Shown piece by piece: positions 1 through 14,559 of a stretch of DNA of 64,000 nt. The notes beneath the pieces are model-generated. The model was not told the DNA's origin. It saw only the letters and a list, made by a program, of their open reading frames with translations, and did no database searches. Location: assembly GCA_964016885.1 (NCBI GenBank), contig OZ024743.1, forward strand, positions 96,286,001-96,350,000, read 5' to 3'. Source of the stretch: Eledone cirrhosa (lineage: Eukaryota). The position numbers were made by a program, and so were the translations under genes. Every line of letters starts with the position of its first letter. Positions within the stretch are counted from its first letter, which is position 1.

Positions 1-185
1 TTATGGTGTTATGACATATCACATGACTTGGTGTGAGTGAGAGTGGATTGTGTAGTGGAAAGTACAGGCTGAATAATTTTCTTCGTGTTGTCAGAGCAGG
101 ATGAGTCAAAATCTAGGTTTGGGAGCTTATCAAATTATAAGTTAAAAGTATTTTAGTTCGGAGAAGGGGCTCTGTATACATACAG

Positions 186-320
<135 letters not shown>

Positions 321-1099
321 TAAGGTATGTGTGTATGTCTGTGTATATGCAACCATCAACTGTAAGAATACACTATATGTGTACCTGTTTTAATAGCTTC
401 CTTGCATTGAGTTCTTCTCATTATTCTATGAATTCTAATACATTTATGCTTCAACTCCATCTTCGAGATAACTTAGTTTATATATTTTATGCCAGCTATA
501 GTAGCTTTCTATTTTGAACAGATACCATGGTCTGAGGTTCATTGGCTATTTCTTTTCCTCTTCTTTTTTCCTTTTTCTCTCACTTCCTGTCTATCTAATT
601 TGTTTGTTTTTCACACAAACATCATACCAACAGAAATACTTATTTTTCTGTTGCACGAGCCGACAATTTTACATGGTACACTTAAGTTAAATCGTGTGAA
701 ACCACAGTCAGTCTAAGAGCTGATATAGTTTACTTATATGTATACAGCTATGTTAGAGCAAACACCTTAATTCTATTTTCCGACTGAGCCAGCCAATAGA
801 TCTATATACAAAGGAGGTCTAATCAGCCCATGTACATAGGTGTAAAAATTATGTTTTCACCTATAATGAGTTCCAGCAGAGAGCAGGGTAAGGGAGCACT
901 CTCTTGAGAATGACCAGAGTCAGAAACGTCATCATTGACAGTTACTCACCCTTTGCTTCTGCTGGAATCCACTAGAAGGTGCCATGCCATCAGTTTCCAG
1001 ATTTATAGCTGAAGACTTTCAAAATGTTTTATTTGTAAATATGCCGTATATTGCTAGAAAAACAAAATTCTCTACTTATGTATATATAAATATATCTAT

Positions 1100-1331
1100 C
1101 TAGGGCGGGTAAAATTCCCGAGATCCATGGACGAGTTCTCTCCAGCAGTCTCTGTCCCTCATTATCGCTGCCATGTCCTGCGTCTCCAAGAGACCAGTGT
1201 CTGTCCTTAGGACATCAACATATGTTAACCTCGGTCTTCCTCTTCCAGTGTGTCCATGCAGGGGACTCCCACAGGAGCACTGAGTGCAGTGTCAACTCTG
1301 GATGTCGGTGAGCATGTCCAGCTAACCTCAG
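1100..1331 (-). mobile_element. 3' end of an RTE-like LINE (5'-truncated)
   Basis: The reverse strand translates, with a frameshift, to LRLAGHAHRHPE..VLLWE..HGHTGRGRPRLTYVDVL...RDRDCWRELV, a typical RTE C-terminus. Confidence 0.8.
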
Positions 1332-1742
1332 TATATATATATGTGTATATATATATATGTGTAAATATATATAGTATAAATAAAGTTTCATACACTTAAC
1401 ATGTTACCATTGGTTTCAAGGCCCAGTCATGGCTACCACTGTAGAATGGAAGAGGTACTTTTAAACTGACCCTTTTTTCAGGCACATTGACTAAAATATG
1501 AGAAATGAAGTGATTATCCCTCGACTAATTTTCCTCGGAACGATGGAGATCTTTATATTTGAAATAGGGGAGGCAAATCTGTTTTAAAATCTCTGTAAAG
1601 GAATTTTTCAAAATGTCTAAGGTTTTTCTGTCTGTTGAATTTATCAGGTATTTAATAGATAACTAAAACGATTAAGTTAAGTTGTTATATATATATATAG
1701 ACACACACGCACATGCACACATCTGCACATGTACCTATATAT

Positions 1743-1817
<75 letters not shown>

Positions 1818-1865
1818 TATATATATATATATAATAAATGTAATCAGAGTTTTTCGAATATTAAT

Positions 1866-2000
1866 AATTGTTTCTACTTTAGGCACAAGGCCAGCAATTA
1901 CCCAGTGCATTACTGGTACTTTATTTTATCGACCCCGTAAGGATGATAGGCAAAGTCAACCTCGGCGGGATTTGAACTCAGATTGTAAAGGGACGTAACT
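1866..2000 (-). mobile_element. SINE family A (tRNA-derived, about 190 bp), partial copy
   Basis: B-box GAGTTCAAATCCC, central GCCTTTCATCCTTACGGGGTCGATAAAATAAAGTACCAG and 3' GGCCTTGTGCC(T/A)AAAGTAGAAAC. More than 15 copies in the window. Confidence 0.9.
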
Positions 2001-2141
2001 ATAATAATATTCGATTCGTTTGCAATTATGCAAACACGCCTCATTTCTAAAGCCATGTCAGTAGAAGCCCCTCATTCCCCTCATTCTTGCTCTTGTGTTG
2101 TTATGTAAACAGAACTGCAGACAAATGTTTCATCAAAAAAA

Positions 2142-2172
<31 letters not shown>

Positions 2173-2413
2173 GTATGGGCATGTATTATTCTTATCTTTA
2201 ACCACTTCCATATGTCAGTAATCAACATAAACTATAGGGTTTCTCTTATGCAAACCATTTATTCATCAAAACGTAAATTCCATAGGCTGTATAAATGTTC
2301 ATATATCCGTCAATCCTAGTATTATGGCATATGGCTCCTGGACTTCAATGCCATTAATGCCACTAACTGATTAATACTCTCACATATAAATGCCTGTTTA
2401 ATATTCTATTTGT

Positions 2414-2680
2414 GGAGGTACGTGGCCTAGTGGTAAGGGTGTTTGACTTACGATCATAATGTCGTGGGTTCGATTCCTGGGTTGCGTGTTGTGTTCTTGA
2501 GCAGAACACTTCATTTCACGTTGCTCCAGTACACTCAGCTGAAAATGATTACTAGCAATAGCTGGAGGTTTAACCCTACGATGGACTGGCGTCCTGTCCA
2601 GAGGGGAGTCTTGTACTCTAAATCGCTTCACGCCATAAAACCGGGATAAGCACCGGCCAAATGAGCCTTCTGGCTTAAAA
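2414..2680 (+). mobile_element. tRNA-derived SINE with a CORE-like central segment
   Basis: A-box TGGCCTAGTGG, B-box GGTTCGATTCC, then CTTGAGCAGAACACTT and GATGGACTGGCGTCCTGTCCAG. Confidence 0.8.
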
Positions 2681-3010
2681 CAGACTTTGGAATATTATAT
2701 TTCCAATTTCATATAAGTAAAGGAAGAGAAATCCTTGAAAGAGAATCTGGGTTACTTCCCTTATTATACCTTTTATTGTCATTCTTTTCTTTTTTCTGCT
2801 ATTCAAGATACTTGATATGTTTTTCATTCTTTTCACGTTTTTCTTCAATGTCATATTTTCCAATCCTCGAATGTCCTGATTATCACATTATGTAATTGAT
2901 ACATGATACAGGAAACAGAAGCAATAGCCACATTATAAACCAATGATTGACACACACACATTTAAATATATATTTGTATGTACATATATATAAATACTAT
3001 ATATATATTC

Positions 3011-5474
<2,464 letters not shown>

Positions 5475-5528
5475 TTAATATATCAGGGAACAAAGAATCA
5501 GTGTTACATCATATACATATTTAATTAC

Positions 5529-5616
5529 ATATTACATATGTTTCACTGTCGATCAGCTCGAGGAAAGATCTATTAATGATCGAACCTGACGCTGGAATTG
5601 GAAGCTCCTCAGATAT
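5529..5616 (-). ncRNA. Type I hammerhead ribozyme motif with palindromic stem III
   Basis: Reverse strand: atat-CTGAGGA-[long stem II with tcaggttcga/tcgagctga]-GAAAC-atat-GTA-atat. Stem III is the palindrome ACATATGT. Stem I and the base of stem II are weak. Confidence 0.6.
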
Positions 5617-5623
5617 ATTTTAG

Positions 5624-5713
<90 letters not shown>

Positions 5714-6309
5714 GTAATAATAATAATAATATGGGCGAGGTGTCCAATTTTCATTACATTAATTGAGGTGTGACGAGCATTTTGCAATTGAGCAGTTCAA
5801 GGTTCGATCTGTATCGATCGAGCCCAATTCTTGTTTTCATATTTAAATATTTAGTGCTTTATTTGGGAAAGAGTCTTAACGTTTCAAATGCTATTCCTTC
5901 ATTGGAAGATAGAAAAAGAGAGGAGAGGATATTTAGAAGAGAGAAGAAAGTAAAAACAAAAATGGAGATAGGGGTAAAGGGGAGAAAAAGCATGTATATA
6001 TATATGTGTGTGTGTGTTTGTTTTTAATGTCCTGTAACTTAGTGGCTTGACAAAATGTGACTGATAAGGTAACTACCAGATTTGAAAAAATAATCTGGAG
6101 TACTAAGATACAGAAGACACCTAACCCAGGAAGCGGAGCAGATAATAAATAATAATAATGAAATTATTGTGTACAGTGCTCAGATGCACTACAACTCATC
6201 AAAGGTGCATCTATAGTACATAGAATAATGTACAAATATCAGGAAAGTAAACATGAGTCATGATATACATGTGTGTGTGTGTGTGTATGGAGGGGGGATA
6301 TAAGGTGTA

Positions 6310-6490
6310 GTGATACGAAATATCAGGCTTTCACTGAATATTTCCTTTTTGTGCCAGTTGCCGTTGAGATCTCTACAGAATCAGAAATGCATCTTGCTTG
6401 TGAAATGAGCTTTGTTATGTGGAATGGCTGGTGTAGCAGGTGTGACTGGCTGTTCTCTGCAGCAATGATTTGCCATAATGTTGGTTAGTG
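6310..6490 (+). mobile_element. Decayed C-terminal fragment of an RLE-type LINE (CRE-like)
   Basis: KYQAFTEYFLFVPVAVEI resembles the KY..L...F.P.AVET.G motif of restriction-like endonuclease LINE C-termini. Confidence 0.4.
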
Positions 6491-6705
6491 TAGGCTTTTG
6501 ATTGGCAGTCACTCTAAATGTAATATAAGACTTTAATCCAATTTTTGAATCAGTATTCAGAGTCTGATTTCTTTGTAATAGCAGGTAAAAAAAACACATA
6601 AAAATAGATAGAAAAATAAATAAATATATGAATAAAAAATCCATGAAATTTTCATCAACGTAAAACTTCATATATGCGTATGTGTATGTATCTGTATGTA
6701 GGTGT

Positions 6706-6917
6706 ATCATCATCATCATTTTACGTCCGCTTTTCCCTACTTGTAAGGGTGGGACGGGAACTGATTCTGGCTTGATTTCTACGGCTGGATGCCCTTCCTA
6801 ACACCAACCTTATTTCCAGTGAGTGCTGGTGCTTTTTTTCCGTGGTGCCTACACGTCCATTTTACAGTGTGGGCTGGGTGCTTTTTTTGTTGTGGCACCT
6901 CCACGACCACTGCAAAT
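6706..6917 (-). mobile_element. 3' UTR fragment of the RTE family at 3011-5372
   Basis: Near-identical reverse complement of 5162-5372. Confidence 0.9.
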
Positions 6918-6926
6918 GAGATGATA

Positions 6927-7592
6927 GCCTAATTTGCGTATCGAGTGAGTTAATCGGCCGGGCGCACCGAAAACGATAAACACACCGAGCATTATAATAA
7001 ATGTTCGGTGAATCCATGCGTACATATATATATGTGTGCATGTATGTATATATATACATACTACTGTACGTCTGTATACATATATGTATGTACGTATACA
7101 TACTTATATTTAAGTAACAACCGTACTAATAGTGAGAAATGAAATTTCGTTTCATTTTTTTCGTTTATCGTATTCGGTGCGCCCTGCCGATTAACTCACT
7201 CGATATGCAAATTAGGCTGTTCAGCCGTTAATATGCATAAGGAAAGTATATCATTTCAGATGTTCAATCATCTGGCAGGAAGGTATACGGTCCTGACGAT
7301 AGCTAATAAGCTTTAAACTAGTACATCGTTCCTTTGTCAGTGTTGAACAAAAGGGCAACGATGGTTGCTAAACACTGTACGGCTTAATTCAGAATGTTTG
7401 TTTACAAACACACCGAGCATTATAATAAATGTTCGGTGAATCCATACGTAGATATATATATATGTGTGCATGTATGTATATATATACATACTAATGTACG
7501 TCTGTATACATATATGTATGTACGTATACATACTTATATTTAAGTAACAGCCGTACTAAGAGTGAGAAATGAAATTTCGTTTCATTTTTTCC

Positions 7593-7597
<5 letters not shown>
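6927..7597 (+). mobile_element. HHR-carrying non-coding element: 428-bp unit with terminal direct repeat and 5' inverted segment
   Basis: 6978-7168 is repeated at 7406-7597. 6927-6981 is the reverse complement of about 7163-7218. HHR-like motif at 7287-7329. Homologous to 25049-25890. Confidence 0.75.
7287..7329 (+). ncRNA. Decayed type I hammerhead motif
   Basis: acggtc-CTGACGA-tagctaataagctt-TAAAC-ta-GTA-catcgt. G12 is mutated to U. Stem III is the palindrome ACTAGT. Confidence 0.55.
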
Positions 7598-7626
<29 letters not shown>

Positions 7627-7663
7627 TCCTTTTTAAATCAGTTTTTCTATGGTTGCATGGTAC

Positions 7664-7695
<32 letters not shown>

Positions 7696-7798
7696 ATATA
7701 TATACATATATATATACAGACACACACACACATATATATATATATCCCATGCAACAATGGAAAAACTGATTTAAAAAGGATGATGATAATAATAATAA

Positions 7799-7837
<39 letters not shown>

Positions 7838-7959
7838 TAGATATATATAGTGAAAACTGAAACGGGAACGAAAACAGAGAAGCAGTACAATATATATATA
7901 TATATATATATATCACATAAGAAGAGGAGAATCAGTGTTGCGACGAATAAAATTTATTA

Positions 7960-8043
7960 GACATATTACAATCGTTTCTCTGGCGACCAGCTCGATGTAA
8001 TGATCGAACCTGACTCTGAAATCGCAAGGTCCTCATATACGTC
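7960..8043 (-). ncRNA. Decayed type I hammerhead motif, same family as 5529-5616
   Basis: gacgtat-ATGAGGA-...-GAAAC-gatt-GTA-atatgtc. Stem I is 7 bp and C3 is mutated to A. Confidence 0.5.
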
Positions 8044-9342
8044 TTGATTCTACGAAGTAGAGTTTCCAAATGTCCAGTTACACTTGTCGCCTTCACTCGG
8101 CAGCTTAGATCCTGTTGTTGTCAGTCTATGAGTGGTCACGAATTGTACACGTCATCGGTATTTTTGGCCACTCATGGCCATCCTATATTTGGTTCCCTTC
8201 ATTTGCTACCTGTCTATCAAAGTTGTTTCTTAGATCGGAATTACTACTGTAGGAGGTGAGGGGTTGTATGATTGAACCGCTCGTGCACTGTCACCGCCCT
8301 GTCAACCTGCAGTCGCCCTCACCTATGTCCATGTTTTGTGCAGGCGTGATACATACGGGCACTTATATACCCACAGTGATCACGTACACACCCACAACTG
8401 TATTATATGCGACAATCACAGTAAATATTGAATGTGCAGCAAATACTTAGAAAGAATTTAAAAAAAAATTAGAAACATTTAACAGAACGTTTCAGAAAAA
8501 CACTCTCAAAATACCTTAAAATACACACATTTCAAAAAGAAAAACCCTGTAAAAAGAACCTTTTTAAAAGAATGTTTGAAATAGCCTTTCAAAAAAGTTA
8601 TTTCAAAGGTATTTTTGATAAATATACACATATCTACACACACTGTACTCAGGAAAGCGTATATAGTTAAGACGCTGCACATATATACAGATGAAAAAAT
8701 GGAAGATCTACACATACACATGCATACACTCACACAGACATGTTCATACAAATACATCCACCCAGACATGTATACACATGCATGTATGCATATGTGTGTG
8801 GACACACATACATACATGTACCCACGCATGGGCATGCTTATACATCTAAAAAAAAAGCACATACTTGATGAATACCTACACATCCACACACACATGCAAT
8901 TGTGCACATGACGCATACAATATTATATGAGACAACATTCTTATATGTATATATGTACACACATACATATATTTCATCATCATCATTTAACATCTATTCT
9001 CCCCACTAGCAAGCATTATACATACACATACACATATATTTTTTACAAGATAGTTAGTCATTTGATATGTATGTATAATACACATACAAACACACACATC
9101 AATGTATATATTTTTTGTCAAATTATCCTGAGTCTCATTGCTTTGGTCCCTGCAGCTGGCTTACCGGTCGCAATCTTCAATTTGCAAAGCGGTCTAAACG
9201 TAATGTTGTTACTCTAAGGTAAAATACCTTATTGAGTGCTTAGCTGCACATTCCGATTGCATTCGTTAGCTTAGCTGCAGCCAGAGCTTCGATTATGCTG
9301 TACTTCCATTTATATATATATATTTAAAATGTAAATCATTAT

Positions 9343-9520
9343 AATTGTTTCTACTTTTGGCACAAGGCCACCAATTATCCCAGTGCATTACTGGTACTTT
9401 ATTTTATCAACCCCGTAAGGATGAAAAGCAAATTTAACCTTGGCGTGATTCGAACTCGGACTGTAAAGGGACGTAACTCTATGCTACAAAGCATGGTGTC
9501 TGACCCTCTACCGATACTGA
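9343..9520 (-). mobile_element. SINE family A
   Basis: Matches the 1866-2000 family. Confidence 0.88.
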
Positions 9521-9599
9521 TCAGTAAATTGAACCACAAAGAAGAGTGCAGTAACCATTCTTTTAAGGGGTTGTAGGCTGTCTTTTGTAGTGAGAATCA

Positions 9600-10790
9600 G
9601 AGGTCTGAAGCATTCTAAATTGTGAGACAATGTGAGAGAAAATGGAGATGTGGTTAGGGAAAGTGTGTCCAAAATGAAAATAATGCATTTTCTTGGCTGA
9701 TGCTGAAAAGAAAGTGGCATGGAAGTCTTATGAGAAACTGATGAATGAAGAGAATAAATGGGACAGTGAGGGCCTACTCCATATAAACCCAACCAAGGGA
9801 CCAGCCATAAAAGTTGGGAGTAGAGTAATAGACAAAGTTATTAAGGATATGAGGGAAGGGAAGTCAGTTGGACCATTCAGTATAGTGGCTGAGATGTGAA
9901 AAATATCTGACATGGTAAGCTACAAGCTTGTCAGGTGCATCATTAACCAAATAGTAGAGAATGGTGTCATATCCAATGACTGACCATGTAGTATCAGAGA
10001 CACACTAGGGATGGCTCACTACAGAAGCATCAAGTTGATGGAGCATGTCATGAAAGTTACCGAAAGGGTTATAGCACATCTAATTAGTGACAGCATTAAG
10101 CTAGATGATGTGCAGTTTGGCGTTGCACCAGGTAGGGCTACAGCTGATGCCTTTTCATTGTGAGATACTACAGAAGTGCTTAGCTAAGAGTAAATCCTTG
10201 CATCTAGCATTCGATCTAGAGGCCTTTGTCAGGTTGCGCTTTGTAATCGGGTGTTGGGGGGGGGGGGACTTAATGATAGGTGTAGATGAATGGCTTATGA
10301 AGGCAATACAAGCCATGTATAGAGGTACAATCAGCAAGACAAGTTTTGGAAACAAGTACAATGATAAATTTAAATCCATAAAGGGGGGCCATCAGAACTT
10401 AGTCCTCTGTCTACTTCTGTTTATCCTTTTCTCCTGGCCATAATACAGGAGTTTAAGACTGACACTCCATGGGAATTCCTTATAGCTGAATCCATGAAAG
10501 AAGTACAGGAAAAATTCCAGACAAGGAAGAAAAACCTAGATTAAAAGGCCTAAAAGTAAACTTAACAAAAACTAATGTCTAAATACATAATAAAAAAGAT
10601 AGGATTTTGATACCATCGGAGAAATGGTAATATCAAAAACTGGTGAGTAGAAACTCCATAAGGTATACACAGTGTAATCTATGGACAAACAAGATGTAGT
10701 GGGAATACAGACAAGGTAACAGAGAATATAGACTTCCTATGTAGCTTATGTAAAGAAGAAATATGCACTAAGAACTCACATGAAATAAAG
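9600..10790 (+). mobile_element. Old, heavily decayed RTE LINE
   Basis: AWKSYEKLMNEENKWD, GKSVGP, VDEWLMKAIQAMYRG; homologous to 3011-5372. Confidence 0.85.
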
Positions 10791-11684
10791 CAATCATTTT
10801 TATCTGTCTCACTTTTATACTCTCACTCTCTAGTGTTCTCTGGGAGAAATCTGCTGTGTTCAGATCTGGAGAGGAGTTCCGTCAGGTTTAAAAAATGTTC
10901 TAGAAATACTGTATGTCAATACTGCACCCGGAGTTATAGGACGGGATCAGCTCCACCATTGTTTAATATAGCTGAGAATCACTCTGGATTATGTTTGACA
11001 ATGATGTAGTTGTCAACTGGCAGTTAAATAATGGATGTCTTGCCACTGAAACTTCTGTAATATGATTGGATGTAAACAATTGTAGTTTGTTCAGTTAAAC
11101 ATTTATATACGCTAAATTTGACATTAAAATGTTGTTAGATTGCTTTAGTGTATGGGTCTGTATATACAGTAGGTACATGGGGGGAGATTTAGTCTGAAAT
11201 TGCTTGAAGACATTTCCCACTTACCATATACAAAACGTAAGATTCTATTTGTATAAATACATTTCAAGCAGTGCACTTCCATCAGGTCTTTTTGCCTCTA
11301 CCTTTTGTTGACAGAGTCAGCAATCAAACCCCCCCCCCCTCTCCTATATATATATTGGTCCATTCTAGTCTAGCCAACTTGCTAAATGAATATGTTCCAC
11401 TGAGGGATTTTAATAAGATCAAAACATGTTTGTTGGTTTCACTAAGTTGGTTTATAGACAATATCAACTTCCATTGCTTTGTCTGAAATCATTCTAAAAG
11501 ACTTTGATCAGCTCAGACTGTAGGAATTCCCTCCTAACTTTCTTCTCTTGATCTGAACACCCCTAAGGGAGTTTCTGACAGAAATTGTGAGGTTAATCTC
11601 AGTTAATTGATCCCCTCACACTCCCTCACCATATTTAGAATGCAGGACATTATTTGTACATATATATATTAGGTGTCATTATAT

Positions 11685-11780
11685 GGTTAACTTTGCCTTT
11701 CATCCTTACGGGGTCGATAAAATAAAGTACCAGTAATGTACTGGGTAATTGTTGGCCTTGTGCCAAAAGTAGAAACAATT
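11685..11780 (+). mobile_element. SINE family A, 3' half (a diverged relative lies at about 12450-12660)
   Basis: Family core and tail are present. Confidence 0.85.
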
Positions 11781-12669
11781 ATATATATTAGTAATGACGA
11801 ATGCAGATAAGTAGTGGCTTTCCAAGTCTCATATCAATACATGTATTGTTTATGGTGTGGTAGATTGAATCTGAACCAATCACTAACAATTCCATTAATA
11901 CCATAATGTGTTAGTTTTTTAACGACATTATGGTATTAATTTATCTGTGTAATGTTAACTTGCATGAAATGCAATGCACAAGTAAGATGAGAGATCAGTT
12001 TGGCATCAGTGGCATCAACCGCAGTTTGCAGGAAATGTGATAACTACACTAGGATAAACACTAGAATGTAATTAATGCACAAGGAAGGGGATGAAGTGTG
12101 CTGGGAGCAAAAAAATGCAGAGTTCTTTTGGTAGAGAATACCAATAGTAGCAGTTGAATGATAAAGATATGGTGAAATCAGATTTCAGGATTTTATATCT
12201 CACAAAACAAATGACAAAAGATCAAAATGAGGGATGATTTGTGAAGCAAACCCATTCATTCCATACCAACTTAGAAAAATGGACTTGAAAAAGTTGAATG
12301 TGATTATTATTATTATTTTTATCATTATCATTATTATTTCCATTATCATTTTTACTGTGCATAATTACTGCTTTCATAATGCTGGCATAACTTCCAGTGT
12401 ATGAAGGTCCCAACTCTATCATGCCTGTGGATATATTCTTTTTTGGCTAGAGCTGGGCATCCAAAGACTGTAGAGTGTCGGACAACATGCTTTCAGCATG
12501 GAGTTACAGCCCTTTACATTCTGCATTAAAATCGCCGAGGTTAGCTTTGCCTTTCATCTTAACGGGATTGATAAAATAAAGTACCAGTAATGTACTGGGG
12601 TCTATTTAATCAACTTTCCCCTCCTATAAAATTGCTGGCCTTGTGCTGTAGTAGAAACATTTTTTTTTT

Positions 12670-13060
12670 TTCTATCGCTGTCATCCTAATCCCAAAATGT
12701 CATTGCTTTCCCATTTTCCTGCATTACTTTACAAGGCACATGTCATACCAATTCTCTATGACTTCATATTGGTATTTACGACATAGAAGCCAATGAAGTT
12801 ATAGACAAACTTTATCATGGCAGCGCTTGTATTCTTTTTGTGGAAACACTCTCACATCCACTTAGCAAGTGGGCTACATTTTGCACATTCTTTCCACAGA
12901 GACTACATTTCTGGGTGTCAGAAGTTTTGTAGATTCACCAATTTGGTAGCAAGAACTTGGTCTTGTGCTGCAACTATTAGGCTTTCAATGGAATGTTTCA
13001 AATCGCCTTGCTTAAGCCATATCCACCAAAAATTGCTAGTGGAAAAGGTTTATTTTATTT
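12670..13060 (-). mobile_element. Decayed C-terminal fragment of an R4/Dong-like (RLE) LINE
   Basis: The reverse strand gives WLKQGDLKHSIESLIVAAQDQVLAT and KRCHDKVCL*LHWLLCRKYQYEVIENWYD, matching the AAQDQ and RHD..HW..C..Y motifs of this clade. Confidence 0.75.
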
Positions 13061-13811
13061 TTGTTCTGTTTTTTTACTTCTGTGTATTATTCTTCACTCC
13101 ATTACTCTGGAGTGAAGAATAAGAATTGTCTTTAGACACTTATTATATTTCTGCAAACATCCAATGCGTCTGTTTACCTGTGATTAAAACTGGCCAACTG
13201 GGAGTGTGGAAAAGGCGCTAACCAGAAAAATGTTAGCAATCAATATGCTTGTCAAAATATGTGAACATTTTAAAAACAAAAATAACAGCAATTGATTGAA
13301 AAAATAAATAACTAGAAAAAATGACAATTGAATAAACATTTGTAAACAGAGACATTTACACTTGAATAAACACGAGGGACAAATGAACAAATGTTGATAA
13401 CAAAAGGAAAAACAACAGCAAATCATACTTTCCTCACCTTGAGAACCAAAAAAATAATAATGACTTAGTTACAAGAATAAAAAAATACTACATAGGTGTA
13501 TTTTAATTGCTGGTGTATCGTTGCTTGGTGAATTCCTCTTGTAAAGAGATGGTAGGAAAGTGACAGATTGGGATTTTATATACCCTTGTATGAGACGTTG
13601 GAGAAGACATTGGCTGATATGTGGCAAGATGTGTGTTTCATCAACCTTGGCAGGGCATGTAGAAGTGTGTGTCTTTAAAGCCAAGGGAGATGTAGACAAA
13701 TAGAGATAGTGTGCCACACACCTTTCCTCACACACCTTCCCCCAGACTGGTGCCACAATATATGAGGAAAGGAAACATGACTATCACAATCTGAAACATT
13801 GATATAGATAT

Positions 13812-13961
13812 TTGTTTCTACTTTTGGCACAAGGCCAGCAATTATCTCAGTGTATTACTGGTACTTTATTTTATCGACCCCATAAGGATGAAAGGCCAAG
13901 TTAACCTCAGCGGGATTTGAACTGAGATCATAAAGGGCCGTAACACCGATACTGCCAATCC
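13812..13961 (-). mobile_element. SINE family A with 17-bp TSD
   Basis: ACATTGATATAGATATT lies on both sides. Confidence 0.92.
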
Positions 13962-14301
13962 ACATTGATATAGATATTCTCAATTTTATAGCTTAAAAGA
14001 GGCAGATGGTAAATATGGAGGTGACAGCAACATGTGGCTGAGTGGGGTTAGCATGACTGTACAGGTCATGATTTTTTCTCAAAGACCATAGGTGTGTACA
14101 GAGGGGTCAATCAAACTGTGTATTTCTTTGTTACTGTGTCTGTATTTATTTGAATTTGTCAAAATGTTCAAGTCTTTATATTGTGTTCCATATTTGCTTG
14201 CCTTTTCAATATATATGTGTGTGTGTGTGACAGCTCACACCTATGCAGGTTTAGCTGGCCTCCTCCAATGTATATCTTGTTGGAGGTGACTTGGGTGATT
14301 T

Positions 14302-14472
14302 AATGATAGGGACTGGGGTCCCTATCATCTCATTTCTACAGCTGAGTAAACTGGAGCAACATGAAATAAAGTGTCTTGCTCAAGGAAACAACACATCACC
14401 TGGTCCGAGAATTGAACTCACAACCTTCCGATTGCAAGCCCAATGCTCTAACCACTAAGCCATGTGCCTTCA
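14302..14472 (-). mobile_element. SINE family B, 5' part
   Basis: Reverse complement of about 47737-47907. Confidence 0.88.
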
Positions 14473-14477
14473 CTTTT

Positions 14478-14516
<39 letters not shown>

Positions 14517-14559
14517 TATGTATAATATATATATATATAAAGAGGTGGGCAAAAATGAA

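Noticed and set aside
11545-11640. Minus-strand HHR-like fold (ATGGTGA...GAAACTCCC TTA GGGGTG)
   Set aside because: Multiple core mismatches and a GUG triplet; too decayed to call.
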